A stretch of DNA of 64,000 nt from Haplodiscus bocki. Lineage: Eukaryota. Positions 52,301-61,429 of this stretch are shown one piece after another. The DNA lies in assembly GCA_965655095.1 (NCBI GenBank), contig OZ296651.1, positions 101,804,001 to 101,868,000 of the forward strand, given 5' to 3'. The position numbers and the translations under genes are program-made. A model generated the notes under the pieces. It did no database searches and had not been told where the DNA came from. It saw nothing but the letters and a program-made list of their open reading frames with translations. Each line of letters starts with the position of its first letter. The first letter of the stretch is position 1.

Positions 52301-53698
52301 ACCGTTGTCTTTATAAGGACTTTACAGAATTTGGCGACCAAAAACTCTTACGAAAAGCAATCATCAACATACCTACAGCCGGGTATTTCCAATTGGAGTC
52401 GAGCGCAAACTGCATAGGTTCCTTCCTCCAGTTCATTGAGAACAGTAATGTCAAACCAACGTCTACAGAACTAGTTGAAGCAGCGGAAAACCTTGTCCAG
52501 GAGCGACCAGCACTTGAAGTCATCAAATTATCTGGCATGATGATCGTATTTCACCTGAACAGATTGCAGGATTCAAATCCCAAGAAGATGTGGAATATTC
52601 GTTATTTTGTCATATGGAAGAAGAACAAAATCAAAAACGAGTGATTTGCCTTAAAAATGACCTTTTTATTGAATTTTATTTTACGTATATAATTGTGAAA
52701 GGATCTTTTTGATTTCTTTTAAGTTTGCCTAATGATTCAATCTTTCCAAGGATGGAAAACAGAACAGATGGCCGCCAAGACGGCATTGGCGTTAAAATTT
52801 TAGTTTTTGATGACAATCTTAGTGAGAGGTTCATTTGGAGGTTTTGCAGCTAAACGGAATTACTAGATCGGAAGTTATATTTTTTTCCAGACAATTACAA
52901 CGTTGTTTCTCATCATATCATGTTTTATTAGGCTCACCTATAGTTTATCTTGTTATGCCACCGGAGCTACCTTCATAAGAACCCATCATATTGTCCGGCC
53001 TCGTTAATCGTATCGTGTCCTACACAAACAGATTGCAGGAGAAGTCCAATTCCGGAAATTTGTTTTGGAATTTGCCTGTTTACCATATGGAAGAAGAACA
53101 AATTGTCAATACCGAGCCATTTTCCGAAAAGTGGCTCTTTTAGTTGAATATATTTCACGTATAATTGTGAAAGTATCCGTTTGTTTTCATTCAACTATGC
53201 CGAACTCTTTTTTTTTCGAAAGATGGAGGATCAAGTAGTTGACTCCGAAGTCAGCGTTGGCGTTGAAAATTTAGTATTTGAAGAGATAGTGAAAAGTCCT
53301 CTTGGTGGTAGTTCCACGAATTTACCTGGATCGGAAGTTGTATTTTTCTTGAGGCATTTACTCATCATATCATGTTTTTTACGGTTTACCATCTAGAAAT
53401 CTCCCTGTAAGGTAATGCCATTTTGGGCTTCAGTCTTGTCAGCTGTAGTCGGAGTTATACTTCCTAGCCCATGGCTAAGAACAAATTAATTTTTACAAGC
53501 AACCGTCTACTTATGTCCTTTGTTGGTCCTGGTGGATCCAATGAGACTAGACTAAGTTTCTCTATTTTACTTTCTAATACCCTGCGTCCCAGTTTCAGTA
53601 AAGCGTTCTCTTTCTAAAAAGATTGTCAGCCTCCTTTAACAGGTTGACTAAAAATTTGATTATATAGTTTGACACCTCTGTTCGTTACAACATGAACA
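19323..53698 (+). repeat. Tandem array of a ~1.13-kb virus-derived unit: 29 full units, a divergent truncated 30th and a partial 31st; subfamilies A and B
   Basis: Unit starts at ~19323, 20457, 21584, 22711, 23842, 24975, 26107, 27237, 28369, 29497, 30626, 31754, 32884, 34025, 35153, 36282, 37413, 38548, 39692, 40809, 41952, 43067, 44198, 45340, 46472, 47604, 48736, 49853, 50981 and 52114. The ORF track repeats the same peptides at this period. Confidence 0.98.
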
Positions 53699-54150
53699 GA
53701 AAGCTAGAAGATTGTTTACTAGTTTTTGGTGGTTCAGGTGAAGAGATTTTTCAGGCAAAAAACATATGAAACTTGTTGACGCCGGAAGGGACAAATAAGT
53801 TCATTGCCCTTCTGTGAAATAATTTATTTCTTCAGATTAGGTGGTCGTGTACGGCTTACGACTAACCCCAATACAACCCACTTCTTTTTGTTCAAGTCAT
53901 CACGCGATACACTACAATTTATTGACTTTGGCCAGCAGCTGAAGAAAGTTTATTTCTTACGAGATTTTTGTAACAGATCAACTTCGCAACCCTACGGGCA
54001 TTTGTTGATTGACTTGGGTCCTGAAACTAGCCAGTGCCTACAATATTGTTCTAACATTACAGCTTCGGTTCTAGTCATTTTTCATTGACATTCTGAGCTT
54101 GCTAAGGGGAGAAATATAACGAATTATGGATAAAAGCGAGCTTACGTTGA
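53477..54150 (+). pseudogene. FtsK/A32-like packaging ATPase (copy 2, the only full-length remnant, starting in the last array copy)
   Basis: NRLLMSFVGPGGSNET (Walker A), LEDCLLVFGGSGEEIF (Walker B region), NTTHFFLFKSSRDTLQFIDFGQQL...PYGHLLIDLGPETSQCLQYCSNIT. Confidence 0.9.
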
Positions 54151-54159
54151 AGCGTTGGC

Positions 54160-54960
54160 GAACCAAAAAGGCAAGAAAGACTACCAAAAAAAAAGTTTCT
54201 CTGCCAGTCTAACATAGAGGCGATCAGGATTCTGTGCGAAAGTGCTATAGTTGTTATGCACGCCAATGTCCCTACCGAAGTTGGCAAACTGGTTCCAAAA
54301 TTTTTTGGCCGATAAATTTTTGCCTAACAATTTGATCTTTGATAAAAAAGGAAGCAGCCAATGGAATATAAGAACTGAAAGAGATCAGTAGGCCCATCAT
54401 CTGATATGTCACATCATGACTCCTCAAGAATTCGTTTTTAGTCCCAAGGAGAACTACGTTAAACAACTTAAACCGACGGAAGTTCTAAAAGATGCAACAA
54501 GAAGCCATAATTTTTGGCTCTGCTTCAACTACAAAAGTTTTCTGCAAAAGTTACACCAAGGGAGAAGACCGATGAACAAGCTCAATCGAGTCCAGTGCAG
54601 AAAGAAGCCATTGAGAGAAGAGTGTTGTATTCGCCTTTGACAATGAAACTGTGACACATGGAAAATTCCAAACCATTTCTGAGAAAAAATCCGGATTTAG
54701 CCTATGTTTCAAGAAACGAGGAGGGTTTTCTAAAAATTGGAGATGAGAAAACTTCAATCGAGACAACAAACTTCATTTATAGTTTGCAACAACAAAAACA
54801 GGCTCACACTACCCAGTCTAGAAGAGATCGGTGGCAGAATTGACATTCGTACCAGTATGAGTCAGTACGAGAATTAAAACTCCAAAAAATGAGAGTTGAA
54901 ATATCCTCTTTCCGGAAATGGATGGGTTGTACCGAAAATTTTGAAGAAAAGAGCCCAGCG
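54160..54960 (+). pseudogene. Two decayed viral hypothetical ORFs between ATPase and integrase
   Basis: KKFLCQSNIEAIRILCESAIVVMHANVP... and MTPQEFVFSPKENYVK... read as protein-like, abut each other, and sit where such elements usually carry accessory genes. Confidence 0.45.
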
Positions 54961-54989
54961 AGACGCTGGGGTCAAGTCTAACGACCAGA

Positions 54990-55860
54990 AAAAAGGACAA
55001 CTACTTGAGCGGAAACGACCAGCAGCTTACGGAAGTATAAGGAACTTGCAAAAAGCCAGTGAACTGTGACGAAAAAAAATCGAGACTTCTGAGAAACAAA
55101 AACGCTTGCACAAAATACAGATAGTTCGGCCGAAAAAGACCGCGCCTCAAAGTTATTGCTTACCACATTTATGAAAATTGGTCAATTGATGTTGCCTACG
55201 TGGACAGGGAAGCCAAACACAACTCTGGAGTTATTGATTCATAGGTTGCTGTTGATGTTCTCTAACGAGGATTGAACGTGGAACCCGTGAGCTTGAAGTC
55301 GGCTGGGGAAACTGCAAAAATTGTTCGCTCGAAGGATCACGGAAACGAAACTGCAGAAAGATCTTTCGGGCAAAAAGACTTAAATTGGGGGGTGCTTTTA
55401 AACGTTTTGCGAAGGTGAGAAGATCGTAACCTGCTCATTTTTTGAACCGAAGTCAATTCTTGCCGACAAAAGAAGCCTATCCCTGAAAAACATTACAAAC
55501 ACATGGAGAAGAAATGGTCATGTCACTACATAAACAAAACTTAATCATTTGTACGCACCATCGATCTCTTTCGTGAACAGAATCACCGGTTTGGCATAAA
55601 AAGAAGTTACGAAGAGACATGTACCAAAAATAGTTGCACCATAAACTGAGCAATCAAGCAAGTTGGTTTAAACACCGGGGTTCAAAATAGGCCACAAAGT
55701 CGGAATAGCGAATGAAGATTTACCGTTCTAGAAAGCATGCAAGCAAAATTTTGGCCCAAAGTAGCAACGTTTGGTCCCCTTACAAAATGTTTGGCCAACA
55801 GAAACGCCGAAAATATGCAGGGAAGGTTTTATTAACCAGAATTATTCAAAAATCGCTAAA
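54990..55860 (+). pseudogene. Retroviral-like (rve) integrase of Maverick type
   Basis: PAAYGSIRNLQKAS, PRLKVIAYHIYENWSIDVAYVD, VAVDVL*RGLNVEP, KSILAD.RSL..LKNI, PGFKIGHKVGIANEDLPF*K. Many stops and frameshifts. Confidence 0.88.
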
Positions 55861-55861
55861 G

Positions 55862-56715
55862 ATGGACGATTTTGATGTCTGCTTAGACTCAGCTGGCTCA
55901 ATGAAAACATACCAAGGCGAAAAATGCCATGCTTTCGCAACCTAATTTCTCAGCCTTTGCAATTGGATGGAGATTAGAGAGTGCCCTTAGCAGGAATCAC
56001 ATTTCCTTCGAGTATAAAAATGTAACATCTGAAATTTTTTTTCTACACACTTCCAGCAGCAAAAAGATGTTTAAAGTCTCTCGATTGCGCAGCTGCTGCT
56101 GGTTTGGTAGTTCAACGACCAGATTTTTCAAGCAACGCAACATTCCCAGATGGAGAAATGGAAACCGTAGAAAACATCTTGAAGGTATTGAAAGAGAGTA
56201 GTTTCAAACGAACCTTTTTTAGAAGCACGCTTTTGGAAACAAACGGTTGAGCTGTAGTTTGCAGAGGGCTATGGCATCAGTGTTCGAGACTGCAGCTTAT
56301 TGGACGTGTTAGGCTCCACTGACGTGCCTGACCCCAATCGAGGCGGCTATTCCATGGGAACGCACAATACAGTACAAGAACAAACTCAACCGGTGAAGGG
56401 AGCGCTTCTTGCTGATCTATTGGCAGAGATCTTATTTTGTTAACTGTAAAACAACCGAACTGCAGCTCATTGCTGGCGCTCAGGCACAAGTATCACTCAT
56501 CATTGATAGCAGAAGAAAGCTAACAGATGATAAGTATCATCTCACTTGTTCCACAACTCTTAAAGCTCTCACTGAGTTACAACTCAAAAGAACAGTGTTA
56601 AATTCGGATAGAGACGTTTACGTTGAACTAGTCTTACTTACTGGAATTTACGTTCCTTTTGTTTGCACGAGAAGAGTAGCTCCCATCTTGAATTTCAGGA
56701 AACTTTCAATCAATT
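55862..56715 (+). pseudogene. Minor capsid (penton-like) protein
   Basis: MDDFDVCLDSAGSMKTY...FRNLISQPLQLDGD*RV.LAGITFPS at the N-terminus. C-terminus: IAGAQAQVSLIIDSRRK...ELQLK...VELVLLTGIYVPFV..RVAPILNFRK. Confidence 0.75.
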
Positions 56716-57080
56716 CAAAGCTATTATTCACGCAAAGCTATCAAGCCTCATTTCACAGGTCATGTTTGCCTTTGAAGTGAAGGGTTTGGGTCGTTAGCAC
56801 TTGGAGTTGAAGGCATTGCATAAGCAAATGAGAACAAAGTTCTTTTGCCTTCTGCTCTATCATACGGAAAGAAGTTTTCGGTTGACAGTCTGGCAGAAGT
56901 TTTGTTGGTTGCTACCATGAGGAAGTTATTCAATCGCTCAGCGACAGCTGTTGTGATGAAATGAGCCAAAAAACAAATAGGAGGCGTTGGGCGTAGAAGA
57001 AGCATAAAGTCCAGAAATAGTGGACGAAAAAACAAACAACCGAGAAGTTGGTCAGATTTTTTCTCTGAAGTTAGAAATGT
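56712..57080 (+). pseudogene. Small basic core-like protein (pVII/PX-like)
   Basis: SYYSRKAIKPHFTGHV...GFGSLALGV...KKQIGGVGRRRSIKSRNSGRK...RSWSDFF. Basic, Gly-containing, lies between penton and hexon. Confidence 0.55.
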
Positions 57081-58370
57081 TCACTAACAATCCACCAGTT
57101 GAGGCATCACACAGCTGGTTGGATACTTTCGCGAGACCTCCTTCCTGATTACATTCGATACTTCACTTGGAAAGAAAAATGGACCCCTCTATACTAACGG
57201 TCGAAGATGAAAGTTCGAGTTACTCGGAGATAGAACAAATTTTATCGATTTGCATAACCTCTACCTGGAGATGGATCGTACATTTCTTCGGATCGACAGC
57301 TCTTACTTGCATTTTATCCCCGGAAATGCTGCGCAAAGGGAGTGCAGTGTGTACCTTTCTCAGCAACACAATGCACTCGCTATTCTCTGATTGCAGTGTA
57401 ACGCGAACTGGGGTCAAACAATCGTCAAACAGAAAGTACGCTTAGAAAGTTTCCATTGAAACAGAGTTTTCCGATAATAAAGTGATTAAAGACACTTGGT
57501 TGAGATGGTAAAGAAAATCGTACAAAAATTTATCCGAAATTTTCACCGATGCAGTTTCCACAGACAGACTTAAACGAACCGGTCTGCAGGAGTTAGTTTC
57601 ATCGGAATAAATGCAGCTGATTTTTCCTCGTATGGCAAACGTCTCATCAGCGAGAAAACCCTTCGAGTATTTTCCCTCAAGAAGCGTGCCCATTGATTTT
57701 TGATTTTTGACGATGAAACTAGGGAAAGGATTACAAAATTGAAATCACACATGCGAAAATGTATGTACGTAATTCGAATGTCTCTGAAAAAGTTCACTCA
57801 GCAATTGAAAGTATTCTAACGAAGACTCCTGCATTATACAGATACACTGACGTATAAAAAAACTCTAGCTTGAACGGCATTGAAAATCTGAAACTCTGAG
57901 AATATTTTTAACCGAGGTCCTCTTTGACGCTTTGCTCTGGCTGTAACAACAAACAAGGCCCTCCGCGGCTGGAAACGCGAAAATCAGTTTCATTTTCAGA
58001 AATTGAACCAAGAATGCACCACAGAAGAGCTAAATGGTTTTCCTGATGCCACAACTTCTCTGCAGACAGACGATGGTGAGAAGCTTCAGCTGAACTCCCT
58101 CGAAGCTCTTGCCTTCGAAGCCCATGGTCTCGGTGTTCCGTTTGCGGACTTTCAAAATTAGTCAGTTTTAGTATTTGATCTAACCAGTACGCACCAAGCC
58201 TCTGACGACTTTTTTTATCCGGGACTTATCAACGGATCAGTTTCAATCAATTTGCGTTTCTGAGTTAAACTAGCAAACAGTCTGAAACTGTTTTTCCTCG
58301 CTGAAAAGTTTTCAAAAATGTTTATAGATTCGTCACATGAAGAATCCAAGAGCATTTTCTCCGGAACAAA
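57077..58370 (+). pseudogene. Major capsid protein (hexon-like, double jelly-roll)
   Basis: MFTNNPPVEASHSWLDTFARPP/ITFDTS..KKNGPLY...FELLGDRTNFIDLHNLYLE; FLSNTMHSLFSDCSVT; C-terminal VFDLTSTHQASDDFFYPGL.NGSVSINLRF. About 1.3 kb. Confidence 0.85.
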
Positions 58371-58389
58371 AATTGGCATCAAAAAACTC

Positions 58390-58830
58390 TTGATGAACTG
58401 GGGTTTTGGAAAATTATCATGAAATGCAACCATTTGAACTACAAGTTCGATGAAGTGCGTTCTACAGAAACAATTCCGGTGTCTCTTGACAAAAACAATT
58501 TTGTGATTATCAAATCAGACATTTATGATGAAGAAGAAATCCAATGGCTTCTGTAAAGCAGCAGGAAAAGCGAGTATTCTTTTAACAAGCACCTTGGTCA
58601 GTTTCTTCAAACGTACAAAAAAGTCCAAGCGTCTGGTTCTCGCTGATTTTCACATCGAGGAACATTTTAATCACGAATTTCAGGAACCTACATCTAACTT
58701 ATGTGGACTCTACTGTAATACCCTTGTTCATTGTGTGCTAATTGCATTTTCGGTTTTTTTCCTGCAAATACAGAAGTCGAACTACACCGTTTCGTGAAGT
58801 TTTTTTCCAAATTTCAATGATTTTATCATC
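58390..58830 (+). pseudogene. Adenain-like (C5) maturation cysteine protease
   Basis: KCNHLNYKF...NNFVII...EIQWLL (usual G.HW, His lost)...FQEPTSNLCGLYC (Q-x5-CG catalytic motif). Directly follows the MCP. Confidence 0.8.
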
Positions 58831-61429
58831 ATTTCTTCAAATTTCTACAGTAAAAACATCCAATACCAAAAAAAATTCGAAACTTCACATTTGTTGAAGC
58901 CTTACCAACCATCATCAAACTCAATTGATTTCTCTCTTCTTAACGCGCCTTCCTAAATGCATATTTCACGTTTTTGTATCAATAAAAACTTTTCAATGAA
59001 TCAATATTAACAGCAAGTTAATCAGAAGAACCAGAAGTTCTCCCGCATTGAAAAACTTGTTCGAGGAATTCTTGTGAAAGTCGTGTGTATCTTTTCCACT
59101 TTCGCTCCAAAAAACACCTTCAACTGGAAGCATTCTTAACAAAACGTGTGAAAGTAAATTCTTTTGAGCTAGAGTTTTCCAAAAAGAAGTTATATGGAGA
59201 AAAGTTTAAATACCATGTGGAAACAGAATACAAATCAAACAGTATGAGATGGGATAGCGAAGTTTACTAAGTTTGCAAGTGCTTAGCTCGGTAACCCTTT
59301 CTCATTTCTTTCCGTTGCAACACACGAGTCTTCTTTCTTCTCAAGCGGCCCTACGCTGGAGTTTTAATTATTTGTGATGAGCTTGTGCAATTAAGGAATT
59401 GTAAGCGTAACTGTTGGTCAATAGAAAAATCATTATCGGTCTCCTGATCAAAGTGAGGGAGATGTAAGTTCCAGTTGCTGAATAGGTTTTGGTTGTGACT
59501 CTGACTATACTTCTTCGCTGTTAGAAAATTCGACGAATTTATCTCCAAACTCTTTTTCTGTTAGTGGGAGTAAGTGGGGGGGGGTCTCATTGGGTTCAGT
59601 GAGTGTTACAAGCAAAGTGAAGCGAGAACTAGTTATTGTTACTGGATCGAAAAAGCAAAGAATGGAACTTTACTGTGCTGAGGGTGGAACTTTTTTCTAC
59701 GTTCCATTCTGCTCTTTGAAACGTAAACAATCTTGAATCTTAAACTGGGATAGTTATTAGCTTTTAAAAGTCGGACATTAATATTTACAGTAGGGCCATA
59801 GTTGGGCTCTTGCAGTTTTTGCTGCTAATTGGTTTGGTTAAATAACGGATCTGAGGAGGGTAGGAAAAAAGCGGATTAGAAGCAAAAATTATTTTGTGAC
59901 CATGTAAGGAAGCAACACGTCCCGAATTTATTATGTTGTAGACAAAGATAAACATTTGTAGTTATGAGAGTCACCAGACTGATAACTCAGGTACAATCAG
60001 TTCCTTAGACCTGTTACATGTATCAGTACGCCTAAGAAGGTCCGATGTTTCCATCGAAACTTCAATATCGCTTGGAATTATCAGGTGACTGATTTATAAA
60101 AATAATTTTAAACATCAATCTATTTTTATTTCAACTTTAGTTTTAGAATGTTGTTTATCGCTCCAGGAGCCCAATTGATAATTGAGAAACTTCCACTCAT
60201 CTTGAAGAAAACACTCAATACACAGTATGTGAAGCTCGGTTCATTGGACACCTTGTCGTTGTTTTTGAGGAGCCACTCGGAGTGGAAGATAAGGGTTTTG
60301 AAAATGTTTCAACTCTCTCCCATAAACTAAAAAAAAACATCCCAAGTTAGATCAATGGGTCCAACTACAACGAACAATCCCGGAATTTCCAACCACAGAA
60401 GACTGTGAGTTTCGGAAAGGAGAGTGGTGGACCGTTCGGAGTTGCCAATGCCTGTGAGTAAATTTTATTCCGGTGTGTTTGCTACGAGTTAACTCTATCA
60501 GATAATCATTTGGGTTATTTGAGTTATCTGGAAACTGGAGTGGCTCTGGGAAGTTATTAAAGAAAAGCAAAATGTCGTCCGGACTAGAAATAAAACTCCC
60601 GCTTCACCTTTCCATGTATCCCGAAAAGAGGGCAACACTATAGAAGGTGAGGGAGGACCTGACTTGCCAAGTTACGATTTTTGAAACACCTTCGGACAGT
60701 TCAAGTGAATTTTTTGTACGCGAAGTGCCAGTGAGTCCTGAGATGAGGCCTTTCAAAGAAATGGATTGCCCTCTAACTCCTCAAAAGTGGAAAGTTTTGA
60801 GAAAAAGCATAACTATCGACAGTTCTGAGCCAGTTAAGGTTTCGTTGTATTGGCAACCTCAACAAAAGCAGCTTTTGTCAGTTCTTTCAAGCAGCAAACT
60901 TCTTTCTGCTCCTAGCGTAACATTTTTTATAGTTATGGTCATTGGCGTCCTAATCATCTAATTCGAAGGTTTCTTTTCGATCGATTGTCTAGTTGGCGAA
61001 AAAATTTCCTAGGATCTGCTTGCCCTAATCGAAATATCGGAGAAGACGTCATTCTTGAATTTCAAATGGGGTATTCAGAAAGACTAAAGTTCAACATGAA
61101 CAAAGCATATAAAGAGGAAAACGAGGAACGGGAAGAAAATTGTATAAAACATCCCTACGCTTTCTCCACTTTACACAAACTTAACAATGCAACAAAAATT
61201 TTCGAGAAAAGAAGCTCACAGACTGAAAGCGCCATCAGCCAACAGACACGAGCAGCAGTCAGAATTGAGGCAGGTAAAAACTAAAATATTTGTCAACACT
61301 TCCCACCATTCAGAGACATGCAGATGTCGAAACTAAGACTAAACTACATTTATGCATTTCACTAAAACTTTTTACAAATCAGAGACATACACAACTGCGA
61401 AAAGAGCAGATAAATAGAAGTCACCATTG

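Noticed and set aside
19376-52644. Repeated 145-aa (MDRMIKNN…HMEEE) and 85-aa (MMSNQ…) ORFs as a functional tandem gene family
   Set aside because: They are 5'-truncated fragments of viral ORF-X, mostly called from GTG/TTG starts. They are broken by stops or indels in many units and in all B units, with no visible sign of purifying selection.
19323-53698. CRISPR-like array or variable-cassette system
   Set aside because: Units are homologous along their whole 1.13 kb, with no unique spacers and no cas or recombinase gene other than the dead viral integrase.
19323-53698. Whole array as a pure assembly artefact
   Set aside because: Units carry structured private variants, two subfamilies and divergent edges, which stutter would not create. 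Only the near-identical dimer blocks need read confirmation.
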